Assembly: GCA_040766775.1 (NCBI GenBank) | Contig: JAXGPT010000001.1 | Location: 21,469 to 85,468, forward strand | Direction of reading: 5' to 3' | From: Bacillota bacterium | Lineage (GTDB): Bacteria > Bacillota > Clostridia > Ch29 | Length of the DNA: 64,000 bases | Part shown: positions 44,143 through 55,478 of the stretch, in pieces | Position numbering within the stretch: the stretch's first letter is position 1 | How the letters are laid out: each line of letters begins with the position of its first letter | Notes under the pieces: model-generated | Databases searched by the model: none | The model's input: the letters and a program-made list of their open reading frames with translations, nothing else | What the model was told of the DNA's origin: nothing | Translations under genes and position numbers: made by a program

Positions 44143-44847
44143 ATGACCTTTGGTGGAGTAATATTCGATATGGACGGCACGCTGCTGGATACCATTGAGG
44201 ACCTGGCCAAATGCATGAACAGGGTTCTTGAGCGGCACGGCTATCCCGTCCACCCGGTGGATTCTTACCGGTATTTCGTAGGGGAAGGCATGGAAATGCT
44301 GGTTAGAAGAGCCCTTCCCACCGGCTGGGACGACCGGGAAGCGGTGACGAAGTGCCTGGCAGAAATGCAAGAGGAATACAGCTCTGGATGGGCGTGCTGC
44401 TCAAGACTTTACCCGGGAATTGGGGAACTCCTTGACTTCCTGGAGGATAAAAGGATTCCGAAGGCCGTGCTGTCCAACAAGCCGGATGACTTCACTAAGG
44501 CCATGGCCGAGGCTTTCCTGGGGCAGTGGACTTTTTTTGAAGTAAGGGGGGAGAGGCCATCCAGCCCAAGGAAACCCGATCCTGCCGCTGCGGTGGAAAT
44601 AGCCGCCGGGATGGGTGTCCCGCCGCAGAATATACTATACCTGGGGGACAGCGGTATTGACATGCAGACCGCTGCCAGGGCGGGAATGTACCCGGTAGGG
44701 GCACTTTGGGGTTTCAGGAGCGCCGACGAGCTTAAACTAAACGGGGCCAGGGCGCTGGTAAAAACCCCCGGGGAGGTTATATCCATCATATCCGGCGGGC
44801 TTAAAAAACTTAAGTGTAAAATTCCCGGCACGGGAAAAGCTATTTAG
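44143..44847 (+). CDS. HAD-IA hydrolase (phosphoglycolate phosphatase-like)
   Basis: Motif I DMDGTLLDT, motif II SNK, motif IV GDSGIDM. Confidence 0.85.
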   Translation: MTFGGVIFDMDGTLLDTIEDLAKCMNRVLERHGYPVHPVDSYRYFVGEGMEMLVRRALPTGWDDREAVTKCLAEMQEEYSSGWACCSRLYPGIGELLDFLEDKRIPKAVLSNKPDDFTKAMAEAFLGQWTFFEVRGERPSSPRKPDPAAAVEIAAGMGVPPQNILYLGDSGIDMQTAARAGMYPVGALWGFRSADELKLNGARALVKTPGEVISIISGGLKKLKCKIPGTGKAI

Positions 44848-44953
44848 TGTCAGGGGGCTCCTTAAATCGTCACGGGGCTGCCGCAAGCCTTTGAATGCTG
44901 CCGGCGCCCTGGACATCAGGGGCCCTTGGCGCTAATTTTGCTTAAAAAGGGGA

Positions 44954-45439
44954 GTGACGGGAGTGGGCAAAAGGATAAACCTTCTGGTGTTTAGCGGGGA
45001 CTATGACAAACTCTATGCCGCGCTTCTTATAGCCAACGGCGCACGGGATATGGATATGGACGTGTCCATGTTTTTTGCTTTTTGGGGCTTACTTGTAATG
45101 CGGGACCCGGAGAGAATGGACAGCGAGGGCAAAAGCGCCTATGAAAAGATGTTTGGAGCGGTGACGCCCAAGGGGCCTGAGGACTTAAGCCTGTCCAGGA
45201 TGAACATGATGGGCATAGGCAAGTCCATGATGCTGGATATGATGAAGGAGGATAATGCCCCCAGCCTTAAAGATTTGCTGGACGGGGCACGCAAGAACAA
45301 GGTCAAGTTTTACGGCTGTAAGCTGTCCGTCGAGGTCATGGGCTTCAAAAAGGAGGAGCTGCTGCCGGAGCTGGAGATTGTGGATGTGAAGGCCTACATA
45401 CAGGATGCCGTTAATTCCGACATGCAGCTTTTTATCTAA
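44954..45439 (+). CDS. DsrE/DsrF/DrsH-like family protein
   Basis: ...INLLVFSGDYDKLYAALLIANGA...FFAFWGL... pattern of DsrE-like (COG2210) proteins. Confidence 0.7.
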   Translation: MTGVGKRINLLVFSGDYDKLYAALLIANGARDMDMDVSMFFAFWGLLVMRDPERMDSEGKSAYEKMFGAVTPKGPEDLSLSRMNMMGIGKSMMLDMMKEDNAPSLKDLLDGARKNKVKFYGCKLSVEVMGFKKEELLPELEIVDVKAYIQDAVNSDMQLFI

Positions 45440-45501
45440 TCAAGGGGACGGTTCTTATGATTGCAATCATAAGAACCGTCCCCTTGATTACCCTTGATTA
45501 C
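45437..45501. repeat. two overlapping inverted copies of the dispersed repeat forming a perfect 54-nt palindrome (bidirectional terminator candidate)
   Basis: TAATCAAGGGGACGGTTCTTATGATTGCAATCATAAGAACCGTCCCCTTGATTA + CCCTTGATTAC; flanked by the stops of the DsrE-like gene (+) and fba (-). Confidence 0.85.
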
Positions 45502-46431
45502 TTATAGTTTTCCGCTGCAGCCCAGCACATTCCTTATCTTATGGGCCACCATCTTCTTTATGGCTTCCCTGGCGGGGCCAAGGTATTTCCTCGGGTCGAA
45601 CACCGACGGGTTTTCGGCCAGGTACTGCCTTACGGCGGCGGTCAGCGCCAGCCGCAGGTCGGTATCTATGTTTATCTTGCACACTCCCATTTGGGCAGCC
45701 CTTCTCAGCATGTCCTCGGGGACACCCTTGGCGCCCGGTATGTTGCCGCCGTATTTGTTGCAAAGGTCCACGAACTCGGGAAGCACCGTGGACGCCCCGT
45801 GCAGGACCAGCGGGAATCCCGGCAGCAGGGAGCTTATCTTTTGGAGCCTGTCAAAGTCCAGCCTGGGTTCCCCCTTGAACTTGTACGCGCCGTGGCTTGT
45901 TCCTATGGCTATGGCCAGAGAATCTATGCCGGTCCTTTCAACAAATTCCACCGCCTGGTCCGGGTCGGTGAAGGTGGCTTCCCTTTCGCTCACACTGACG
46001 TTGTCTTCTATCCCCGCCAGTTTCCCCAACTCGGCTTCCACCACCACACCCCTGGAATGGGCGTAATCCACCACTTTTTTTGTAATTTCTATGTTCTCCT
46101 CAAAGGGATACTTTGAACCGTCAATCATTACCGACGTGAAGCCGTCGTCTATGCAAGACTTGCAAACCTCAAAGTCCTCGCCGTGGTCAAGGTGAAGCAC
46201 CACCGGAAGCCCGGTATCCTCCACCGCCGCCTCCACCAGCTTTCTCAGGTAAATGGGTTTGGCATATTTGCGGGCACCGGCGGAAACCTGAAGTATTAAA
46301 GGTGCCTGTTCTTCCTTTGCGGCATCCACGATGCCCTGTATTATCTCCATATTGTTGACGTTGAAGGCCCCCACCGCATATTTGCCCTGGTAGGCCTTTT
46401 GAAACATATCGGTAGAAGTAACAAGTGGCAT
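45502..46431 (-). CDS. fba: class II fructose-1,6-bisphosphate aldolase
   Basis: MPLVTSTDMFQKAYQGKYAVGAFNVNNME..., LHLDHG, AIGTSHGAYK; ATG 46431 behind GAAGGAGG (track ORF extends to 46536). Confidence 0.93.
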   Translation of the reverse strand: MPLVTSTDMFQKAYQGKYAVGAFNVNNMEIIQGIVDAAKEEQAPLILQVSAGARKYAKPIYLRKLVEAAVEDTGLPVVLHLDHGEDFEVCKSCIDDGFTSVMIDGSKYPFEENIEITKKVVDYAHSRGVVVEAELGKLAGIEDNVSVSEREATFTDPDQAVEFVERTGIDSLAIAIGTSHGAYKFKGEPRLDFDRLQKISSLLPGFPLVLHGASTVLPEFVDLCNKYGGNIPGAKGVPEDMLRRAAQMGVCKINIDTDLRLALTAAVRQYLAENPSVFDPRKYLGPAREAIKKMVAHKIRNVLGCSGKL

Positions 46432-46828
46432 AAAAAAACCTCCTTCATAGTGGTATGGGGACACATAACAAATCCCGCTTTGCGGATGAATGCCCCCGAC
46501 TGACAGGTTATCGGGTTGGCAACATACACAGGTCATGGGTCATAGTAAGAGTAATCTGCGGAGCGCTTAAAAAAAGACAGCGCTTGCTGCGGAATGTTCC
46601 CCTGTCAGCCCATATAATAGTATATAACAAATGTATTGGAAAATACAGGGCATATTTACGACATCAGCCTCGCCCTTGCAAATAATGCCGTGTGTGTAGC
46701 AAATAATAAGATTTTCTGGAGGAATATCCGTTTTTTGGTCGAATATTTATAAACAGCCGTTGGAGGCTGCAGCGGTACAAAGCCTGCAAGCCGCTGCCCT
46801 GTTAAATATTATTTTTGGGGGGCTTAGC

Positions 46829-48183
46829 ATGAGAATCCGGTTTTTTGGCCTTGCACTTTTGATATTTGCAGTGGGCGCTGCGGCACCAATGCTGCTTCTT
46901 GAAGGGGCCCATTATACCCCCGTTGATACCCGCAGCATTGCTGCGGTACTGGGAGCGGCGCTGGTGACGGCCGGTGTCTCCGCGGGGATAATGCACGGAC
47001 TTATGAAAGGGCGGATTCAAAAATGCCGTATGCTCATAGAAGGGGTCAGCCGGTCCAGCATGACCCAGGACATAAAGAGTACCGGGGACAAATGGATGGA
47101 GGGGACCGTCTGCGCCCTCAATGACCTGGTTAAGAACATAAGGAAGCTGGTGGGCAAGGTGCTCACGGCCACCGACAAACTTTCCACCTATTCCGAGGCA
47201 ATAGAGGCGGAATGCGGCGATGTGAGCAGTTCGGTGGAGGAAATATCCGTTACGATAAACGAAGTGTCCCAGGGAGCCGAGAGCCAGGCGGAGAGAGCCA
47301 TGGACACAAAGGCAAGCACCGTAAGGATAGTGGAGGTTTCAAAGGCCATAGCCGACCTGGCGGAAAACACCTTTTCAATTACAAGGGATATGAAGGAAAG
47401 GGTGAAGGAATCCGAGGAGAAGCTGCAGGAGCTTTTGGAAAAACTGGGCAAATCCAACCGGGATAACAAGGAACTGGCGGTGGAAATTGAAAGGCTTCAA
47501 CGGGACGCCGGCGAGATAAGGGATATTATTGCAATCGTGAGGGGAATAAGCGAGCAGACCAACCTTCTTGCGCTAAATGCCGCCATAGAGGCTGCGAGGG
47601 CGGGGGAAAGCGGAAGGGGCTTTGCGGTGGTGGCGGAGGAAGTAAGAAAGCTGGCAGAGGAATCCGACAGGTCCGCTGCGCGCATCCGCGACATAATAGA
47701 GAGCATTTACCAAAAAATAAGCCACATAACAGGGCGCATCGAGGCCCAGGTTGCCGACATGGACATGAGCATGCAGTATGCCGGCGAGTTCCGTGAGCTT
47801 TTTTCAAGCGTGGAAAGCACCTCGGAGGATACGCTGAAGTCCGCCGGGGAAATTGTTAAGCTGTCCGCCCAGGGCATAGAGAATGCAAGCAAGGTGGATG
47901 GACTGATGGATGAAAATATCGGCGGTAACACAGCAGACCGCGGCGGGGCATGGAGGAGATTAACGCAGCCACCCAGAACGAGGTGGAGATGGTAAGGAAA
48001 ATATACCAGTCGGTGGGCAGCCTGTCGGATATGGCAAAGGACCTTAACGAGGTATTAAAGGCGGTGGAGGGCAACTATAAATTGGCAAAGGACGAAGAGG
48101 AAAGGATAAGGCGGGCGGAAGGAATACTGAAAGATTCCTTGAAAAATTCGGGTCCCATAATCCCGAAGATGTGCAGGGGATAG
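46829..48183 (+). pseudogene. methyl-accepting chemotaxis protein; one frameshift near 47930 as assembled
   Basis: 2 TM + HAMP, signalling hairpin [38 protein letters not shown]; C-terminus continues in ORF 47950-48183. Confidence 0.85.
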
Positions 48184-48464
48184 GCAGCTTTGTAAGGGAC
48201 CTGGGCTCCGGCCCACGGTGACGTGTTTGAGGCGGTTTTTGCACTGATCCTGATGGCAGCGTTATTGCTTCCAGCGTAGAGACTGACACCACCAATTTTC
48301 ACACCGGCAGTATTTCAAGCAAGCTATGCAGGGCAAGCGTCAGCGTTACCGCTCCATATATCCGTTGTTACTGACGGGTACCAGGTCATCGTCGGCGTTG
48401 GCAAAAAGGGAAGGTCAGGTTGTCGGCGTGGTATTCGGGGACGAAGCTGTAGCGGGCATTGTGC

Positions 48465-48840
48465 TTAAAATATGTTTTCCAGGACAATTTTTCCTTGTCC
48501 GGGATATGCCTTATCAAAAGCTCCAGCGAGGACAGCTCGCCGAGAGCAGCCTTTTTCACCGGTTTTATATACTGCTCGATTTTTGCCAGGGCTGTCAATA
48601 TTGTCTATTTCAGTGTGGTCAATAAGTATCGCCCACAAAGGCTTGACGCCGTTCCAGAAGTCTTCAAACCTTTTCAAATGCTCCAGGGCTTTTTCCCCAT
48701 TCCCCGTCCTGTACGCCCGTCTTTATATCGTTGCAGTGGGAAAGCAGTACTTCCGACGTGCCGGACACCTGAAATGGTGTAATACCCCACACCCAGTATA
48801 AGGCGCCCAGGGTTACGATGATTAATAGTATGGACCTCAT
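48465..48840 (-). pseudogene. DUF4363 family small membrane protein; about 3 frameshifts as assembled
   Basis: MRSILLIIVTLGALY..., ...FEDFWNGVKPLWAILIDHTEIDNID..., ...LIRHIPDKEKIVLENIF* reconstructed from three minus-strand ORF pieces. Confidence 0.55.
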
Positions 48841-48845
48841 TTCAT

Positions 48846-49498
48846 CACCTTTTTCTGTTTTCCTGGACGACAGCCGGCCGCCGTCACTAGCAAAAAAGCA
48901 CCTCGGAAACATCGTCATACCCGGCAGACTTAAGCTGGTCTAGCAGCCATTCCTCGGTAATGTCCAGTTTCTTTAAGTCGTTTCTGGGATGCGGCCGTCC
49001 ATTATAATACTTGTGGGCAGCCCTTCATATTCGGGTAATACCCAGGTCCTCGGTAACTACCGGCCTTTTTTCCGGCTTGGGTAATATGCTCGTCGGGCCG
49101 TCGGTCTGCGCGGCGTAATCCACGTCGGCAGTTGGGATACCTGTTGAGGCGGAGCTGCTCAATCAAGTCGTTTATGTTGTACCTGCCGCCCTCACTTCCT
49201 TCTCCATTATTTTTCCTTCTCCACCAGTATGCTGGGGATGCATATTATCCTCCGGGCCTTGTCGCTTTTTAGGTTATATAGGGCCAGGTTACCTGGGAGA
49301 GCATCAGTGTCAGGATTGCCACAAGGCCGTTGGCCAGCGGGATGTTTGTATCGCTCATGGGTATGCTGCAAGCCTGGATAAGCACGGCTATTACAAATTC
49401 GAAGGGCTGAAGCTGGCCCAGCTGTCTTTTTCCCATTGGCGGATTGTAATCGGCAAGGACTGTGTAAAGGAGGAGGCTTTGATAAAGACTATCAGCAT
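48846..49498 (-). pseudogene. DUF421 (YetF-like) membrane protein; several frameshifts as assembled
   Basis: Reconstructed blocks GKRQLGQLQPFEFVIAV..., ...DLKKLDITEEWLLDQLKSAGYDDVSEVLFAS...; ends approximate. Confidence 0.55.
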
Positions 49499-49776
49499 GT
49501 GTTTTATATCACCCCGGTTTTGGTGACAGTATAGTTTTGCGTAATTTGGCCGGTTTTATTCGCTGCGGCCCCGGCGCCGGCTCATGACCCTCCTCGCGGT
49601 CCTGACCGAGTGAATATATTGTAGCAATCCCAGCGAGAATAATGCCAGAATAATGATAAGTGGCTTCAAAGGGCATCACTCCCAAATTTGCATAGTGGAA
49701 TATTTGTATGCATGGTGTATGATAGGTTTGAGGTGTGCGGGGCACAAAGCCTTGCAGTACGGGACGGGGAGGGCGC

Positions 49777-50823
49777 TTGAATGAGGGAAGCTCAATCGGC
49801 AAAAACGACAGCGGGCAGAGGGCGGATAAATTCTGAAAAGTTCATGCCTGATGCATCCGCCGGGTTTATATACGGCAGCATGAGGAGGAAGAAATAAGGC
49901 TTAACGGTAAAGCTGAAGCCGTCCACCATACTGGCCGAGGGGGACGTCCTGCAGTTTTACATGGACGGTGAAGACTTTGAAGGACAGGCAGCCCTTGGAA
50001 GCCCCGGCAGCTCCGGCAGCTCCTTTTCCGGTGGCGTACCAGGACGGGAACATATTAATTGCCGACAAGCCGGCGGGCCTTTTATCCCATCCCGACGGCC
50101 GGAAGAATGGGACGCTGGCCGACTGGGTAGTGTACTATCTTTATGAAAACGGTGAATACAATCCCCGGGAGAGAATACCTTCACCCCAGCCATATGCAAC
50201 AGGTTGGACCGCAACACCGGCGGGCTGGTTATAGCGGCCAAGAACTGCCGCGCTGCAGGACATGAACCTTATGATCAGGGAAAGATGGGTTGAACGGTAC
50301 TATAAACTGGTGGTGGCAGGGATAATAGACAAACCGCTGGATATTTCGGCGTATCTTGTGAAGGATGAGCGGACAAACAAGGTGAGGGTAGAGGACCGGT
50401 GGAGCGAGGGAAGCGACCGGATTGAGACCTACATAAAACCGTTGAGGCACAGCCCCCGGGGCTATACGCTGCTGGAGGCGGAGCTTTTACCGGGAAGACC
50501 CACCAGATAAGGGCCCACCTGCTCATATAGGCCACCCGCTGGTGGGGGACACCAAGTACGGGGACGGGGAAATAAATGAGTTTTTCAGGAAGGACTTTTG
50601 CCCAGGCACCAGTTTCTATACGCGTACCGGCTGGTGTTTAAGAGAACAACGCCGCTTTTCAAATACCTTGAGGGTATGGAGTGTTATGCCGCTGCCGGAA
50701 AAGCTGGAGGCACATAGAGCAAGAGCTGTTTGGCAGGGTTTGTATCATACCCCCTATGGCGGCGAAACTAACGGTTTTCTTATCCCCCGGCAGACCTTGG
50801 GAGCAGTAAAGTTTCCTCTTTAA
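49777..50823 (+). pseudogene. RluA-family pseudouridine synthase with S4 domain; many frameshifts as assembled
   Basis: Pieces ...GQRADKF..., ...YQDGNILIADKPAGLLSHPD, ...RLDRNTGGLVIAAKN..., ...YYKLVVAGI..., ...HQIRAHLAHIGHPLVGDTKYG in different frames; ends approximate. Confidence 0.65.
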
Positions 50824-50898
50824 GGGGCCGGGGGGCTTTATTCATTTTGTGTTTTTATGGTATAATGGGGTATATTTTATATGCAGGGGCATCCTCCG

Positions 50899-51979
50899 AT
50901 GATTACAAGGGAACAACAAGGGAATATATGTATGGGCTGGGGTTGTGCCGGGTCGGGTTTCATGCCGGGCCTTTGGCTGGCTGGAGGGGTGCTTGAAGAA
51001 AGGCACGCTCGGTACCTTTCGGGCTTTGAAAAGGGGGGCTGTAAAGGAGCGGTGCCGTCCCGGCGAGTGCTTTGACTGGGTGCGGTCCATCATCTCGGCC
51101 GCATACCCCTACAGGCTGTACCGTGACGGCCAAGGCTCCGGCCTTAAGGGCACCATAAGCGGCAGCGCCGTAGGGGAGGACTATCACCGTTTGCTGGGCG
51201 AAAAACTGCGCCAGGCGGCGGAATTTATATCCCGAAGGGTGGAGGGCTTTCGTTACGAAATCATGGTGGATACAGGCCCGCTGGCCGACCGGGAGGTGGC
51301 ATGCCGCTCGGGGGTAGGATGGTTTGGCAAAAACTGCTCCATAATAACCCCTTCCTTTGGGTCGGCGGTGGTGCTGGGGGAGATACTTACAAACCTCGAA
51401 CTGGAGCCGGACCCGCCGATTGAGGGTGACTGCGGTGAATGCGCCCGCTGCATTGAAAGCTGTCCCACCGGCGCCCTGGTGGCGCCCTATACGCTGGACG
51501 CCCGAAGGTGCATATCCTACCTGACCCAGAAAAGGGGGGGCATCCCCCGGGAAATAAGGGATAAAATGGGGGTTAGCCTCTACGGGTGCGACCGCTGCAT
51601 CGAGGCCTGTCCCCACAACCGGCACGGCTTGGAAGACAGCGGACCGGCCGCAGTGGACCTGGAGCGGCTGGTAACGATGGACAAGAAAGAGTTTGACAGG
51701 CTGTACAAAAACAGTGCCCTCGGCTGGAGGGGGCTTAACGTGATAAAACGAAACGCGGTGGTGGCCCTGGGCAACCTTGGGGCCCGGTCGGGGCTTGATG
51801 TTTTGGAAGAGGCATTGAAACACCCGTCCGCCGTAATAAGGGGACATGCCGCCTGGGCGGTGGGTCGAATCGGCGGCCAAAGGGCGCGTGAAATGCTCGA
51901 AAAAAGCCTTGACAGTGAAAGGGACCAATACGTGAGGGAGGAAATAACAGCCGCCCTGGCCGGGTTGAAGCAAGATTAA
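50899..51979 (+). pseudogene. queG: tRNA epoxyqueuosine(34) reductase QueG; frameshifts in the first ~150 nt as assembled
   Basis: Body intact (50945-51979): two ferredoxin motifs CGECARCIESCP / CDRCIEACP, C-terminal HEAT-like repeats; N-terminus ...YGLGLCRVGF... in other frames. Confidence 0.85.
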
Positions 51980-52067
51980 GGAAATTGGCCGGGGAAAATG
52001 GCGGTTTATAGAGGCCGGGAGTGCATCCGCCGACAATGTGGATGAGAAAATACAAGGAGGGTGTTTA

Positions 52068-52769
52068 ATGAAGTTCAAAGTATATCCGGAAGTTTTCGAG
52101 AAGCTGCCCAATGTCTGTTTTGCGGTGGTGGCGGCGTACGGGATAGACAACCGGGGGGAGCACAAGAGAATACAGGAACTCTTAATGCACTCACTCGAAA
52201 AGGTGAGAGAGGAAATTGGCGGTACCGACATAAAGAAAAACAGGGATATAATTCCTTACAGGCAGGCCTTTTCCGAGCTTGGATTTAACCCCAACAAGTA
52301 TTTAAGCTCCATTGAAGCTATGGTCAAAAGGGTGGCCAAGGGCGGCGACCTGCCTTCAATAAACCCTGTGGTGGACCTTGTAAACGCGGTGTCGCTGCAA
52401 TACATGCTCCCGATGGGAGCCCATGACATGGACGCGCTGGAGGGTGAAATTGCGGTAAGGTTTGCGGTGCCGGGGGATACGTTCGTCCCGTTGGGCGAAA
52501 CCGGCGAAGAGGCGGTGGAGCCGGGGGAACTGGTTTATGCCGATGCCAAAAGGATAAGGACCAGGAGATGGATTTGGAGACAGAGCGACCGGGGCAAAAT
52601 AACCGCCGAAAGCAGAAATATATTTTTCCCGATAGACGGTTTCCGGGGTGAAAACTGCAACAGGATGCTGGAGGCGAGAAACAAGCTGGCGGCGCTGCTT
52701 TCCGAGCATTTCGGGTGCCGGGTGGAAAAGTACTTTATTAAAGACGATTGTAGCGAGGTGGACCTTTAA
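52068..52769 (+). CDS. B3/B4 domain protein (Phe-tRNA-synthetase beta-subunit-like tRNA-binding domain)
   Basis: Family pattern ...NPVVDLVNAVSLQYMLPMGAHD...; ATG behind AGGAGGG. Confidence 0.7.
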   Translation: MKFKVYPEVFEKLPNVCFAVVAAYGIDNRGEHKRIQELLMHSLEKVREEIGGTDIKKNRDIIPYRQAFSELGFNPNKYLSSIEAMVKRVAKGGDLPSINPVVDLVNAVSLQYMLPMGAHDMDALEGEIAVRFAVPGDTFVPLGETGEEAVEPGELVYADAKRIRTRRWIWRQSDRGKITAESRNIFFPIDGFRGENCNRMLEARNKLAALLSEHFGCRVEKYFIKDDCSEVDL

Positions 52770-52808
52770 AAAAAACCTGTATCGGTCAATGCCGATACAG
52801 GTTTTTTT
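52768..52808. terminator. bidirectional terminator between B3/4 gene and htrA
   Basis: AACCTGTATCGG-N6-CCGATACAGGTT flanked by A8 / T7. Confidence 0.85.
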
Positions 52809-53976
52809 AATAGTTTGCAGGCCTCGCTTCCAGCTTCACGTCCACTGTGTTTTGGGTTTTTCCCCTGTAGTATGTGACTTTTATGGTATCCCCCGGCCTG
52901 TATTTATAAAGCTCCCTGGTAAGCTGGCTCATGCCGTTTATCTTCTTGTCGTTAAGGGCGGTTATTATATCCCCGGCTCTCAGCCCGGCCTTGCCGACCG
53001 GCGTGTTATTGCCCGCCTCGAACACGTAAACGCCGTCTTCCACAGCCAGCTCTATGCCGTGCTGTCTTCTTACCGCCTGCACGTCTATGCCGCGAATCCC
53101 TAGGTATACCATCGTGAATTTACCCTCTTCAATTATCTGCTCCAGGATTGGCTTTGCCTGGTTTATGGGGATGGCAAAACCAAGTCCCTCCGCCACGTTG
53201 GATGATATTTTGGCGGTGTTCATTCCTATTACCTCGCCCTTCGAGTTCAGCAGGGGGCCGCCGCTGTTTCCCGGGTTTATGGATGCATCGGTTTGTATCA
53301 GGTCCTCCATTACCTCGGATTGCGACAGTTGGATGGACCGGTGCAGCCCGCTTATAATCCCCGAGGTGACGCTTCGCTGGAAGTCAAGCCCCAAGGGGTT
53401 TCCTATCGCAATGGCGAGTTCTCCCACCATAAGCTTGTCGCTGTCGCCCAGGTCGGCCACCGGCAGGTTTTTGGCGTCCACCTTAAGCACCGCCATGTCC
53501 AGCGTGCTGTTGTTCCACAATACCTTGGCGTCTTTTTCGGTACCGTCGTTGAACAGCACTGTGATTTTTTCGGCCTGTCCGCTGTTAACCACGTGGTCGT
53601 TGGTCAGGATGTACCCATCCGGGTGTACTATGAACCCCGAACCCACTCCCTCGCCCCGTCGGGGTATACCAAAGAACATGTCCCTTTGGATTGTAACGGT
53701 GGTAACCCCCACCACCGTCGGAGTGGCTTTCTGCGCCACCGCGGATACTACCGTAATATCCTCGCCGCTTGGCTCTATGACTATTTGGCGCTGGTCGCCC
53801 GAGGGAACCTGGATTATGTTCTTTTCCATGATGGTTGGCATATAATAGGCTGTCAGAAGGCTTCCCACTATTGCCCCAATAAGGGCGAATACAAAGGCCT
53901 TGAACGCGCCGGAACGGCGGGGATAATTCCTGTGGTAATAGTCATCATTAGGATTGCCGGGTGTGTAATTGTCCAT
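52807..53976 (-). CDS. htrA: HtrA/DegP-family serine protease with one PDZ domain
   Basis: TM anchor, His/Asp/Ser triad blocks (TNDHV, D.A, NPGNSGGPLLN), C-terminal PDZ. Confidence 0.92.
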   Translation of the reverse strand: MDNYTPGNPNDDYYHRNYPRRSGAFKAFVFALIGAIVGSLLTAYYMPTIMEKNIIQVPSGDQRQIVIEPSGEDITVVSAVAQKATPTVVGVTTVTIQRDMFFGIPRRGEGVGSGFIVHPDGYILTNDHVVNSGQAEKITVLFNDGTEKDAKVLWNNSTLDMAVLKVDAKNLPVADLGDSDKLMVGELAIAIGNPLGLDFQRSVTSGIISGLHRSIQLSQSEVMEDLIQTDASINPGNSGGPLLNSKGEVIGMNTAKISSNVAEGLGFAIPINQAKPILEQIIEEGKFTMVYLGIRGIDVQAVRRQHGIELAVEDGVYVFEAGNNTPVGKAGLRAGDIITALNDKKINGMSQLTRELYKYRPGDTIKVTYYRGKTQNTVDVKLEARPANY

Positions 53977-54251
53977 TGTTTCCTGCCTCCTTACCGGAAA
54001 TTACCGAAACATAGTATTAAAATACCCTTAATATTATATTCTAAAACCGGCCCAGAGAAAAATCAAGAAAGCAAAGGGGCGGTTCTCCGCTTCCATTTTA
54101 AAGGGCAGCGAAGGGGCATTTTTTCAGCGTTTCAGGACAGGGCAGCACATCTTTAATTTTATGGAGGAAAATGGGTTATCCTATAGTATAATTAAAGTGG
54201 AGTATTAATAGCCGGGCGCTGCGCCCGGTATTGGAGGGGGAAAAAGGAAAA

Positions 54252-55446
54252 ATGAAAACGCCTAGCGTACACGAGATGCATTTCCTGAAGGAGAAGATTG
54301 ACCAGTTTAAGGAGCAGGGAGTGTACCGGAAGCTACCGGAGCTCCAGGGGGCCTTCGGGAGCCCTGTCGGTTATAAACGGGAAGGAGGTAATAAACCTTT
54401 CTTCCAACAACTACCTGGGTTTTGCCAACCATCCGCGGCTTAAGAAAGCCGCCATTGAGGCGGTGGAAAAATACGGCGCCGGGGCCGGTGCGGTAAGGAC
54501 CATAATAGGTACCATGGACATACATAACCAAATGGAGTCGATACTGGCCGAGTTCAAAAGGGAGGAAGCGGTCATAGTATTCCAGTCGGGGCTTACCTGC
54601 AATTCCGGGACCATACCGGCGGTTATGGAGGACGGCGACCTTATTATCTCCGACGAGCTGAACCATGCAAGCATTATCGACGGCTGCCGCCTTTCAAAGG
54701 CCAAAACCGTACGGTTCAAGCACTCGGACATGGACGACCTCGAGAGGGTCCTTAAGGAGAACTGCCACAAGTACAGGAACCGCCTCATAATAACCGACGG
54801 CGTGTTCAGCATGGACGGGGACATCGCAAAGCTGCCGGATATTGTGGAGCTGGCGGAGAAATACGAATGCATGACCTATGTAGACGATGCCCATGCCAGC
54901 GGCGTGCTGGGGGAAAGCGGCAGGGGTACGGTGGACCATTTCGGGCTCCACGGCCGGGTGGACTTTACAATAGGCACCCTTTCAAAGGCAATTGGCGTAA
55001 TGGGGGGATATGTAGCCGGTACCCGGGTGCTCATTGACTGGCTCAAGCACCGGGGAAGGCCCTTCCTGTTCAGCACTGCCCACCCGCCGGCGGTGGTGGG
55101 GGCGGTCATAGAGGCGATAAAAATGCTGATGGAGTCCACCCAGTACACCGACAGGCTGTGGGACAATGCACGCTACTTCAAGGCAAAGCTGGAAGCCCTG
55201 GGTTTCAACACCGGCAAGAGCGAAACGCCCATAACCCCGGTTATAATAGGCGAGGAGGCCAAGGCCATGAAGTTCAGCGACAGGCTGTTCGAGGAAGGGG
55301 TATTTGCCCAGGGTATTGCGTACCCCACCGTACCGAGGGGTACCGCCCGTGTAAGGACCATAGTGACCGCCGAGCACACTAGGGAGCAGCTGGACCGCGC
55401 CGCCGAAGCGTTCAAAAAGGTCGGGGAAGAGATGAAAATACTGTAG
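54252..55446 (+). pseudogene. kbl: glycine C-acetyltransferase (2-amino-3-ketobutyrate CoA ligase) / AONS family; one frameshift near 54350 as assembled
   Basis: N-terminal 35 codons in one frame, remainder ([17 protein letters not shown]..., PLP-Lys TLSKAIG) in ORF 54298-55446. Confidence 0.85.
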
Positions 55447-55453
55447 TAAGCAT

Positions 55454-55478
55454 ACCGCCCTTCATCGGGGCGGTTTTA
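55454..55478 (+). terminator. intrinsic terminator after kbl (overlaps the 3' end of the DUF5131 gene)
   Basis: ACCGCCC-TTCATCG-GGGCGGT followed by TTTT. Confidence 0.65.

Noticed and set aside
48184-48464. Possible gene remnant between the MCP and DUF4363 genes (minus-strand fragments ...YSFVPEYHADNLTFPF..., ...GVKIGGVSLYAGSNNAAIRISAK...)
   Set aside because: The fragments are short, lie in three frames, are unrecognisable to me, and one partly overlaps the MCP 3' end. I cannot support a call.
49509-49802. 97-aa minus-strand ORF, and a nested 55-aa membrane-like ORF starting near 49675
   Set aside because: There is no convincing RBS (GGGAG only 2 nt from the ATG). The upper part overlaps the rluA-like start region. 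There is no recognisable family.
50960-52231. Very long antisense ORFs. Examples: 50960-52231(-), 416-1135(-), 6260-7003(-), 14109-14966(-), 15581-16300(-), 27364-28056(-), 45494-46116(+), 53054-54156(+), 11678-12433(-)
   Set aside because: Each lies entirely opposite a well-supported gene (queG, glpX, prmC/prfA, ntpI, sdaA, fba, htrA, tagO). They have low-complexity, Arg/Pro/Gly/Ser-rich translations and no RBS. They are typical shadow ORFs of GC-rich coding DNA.
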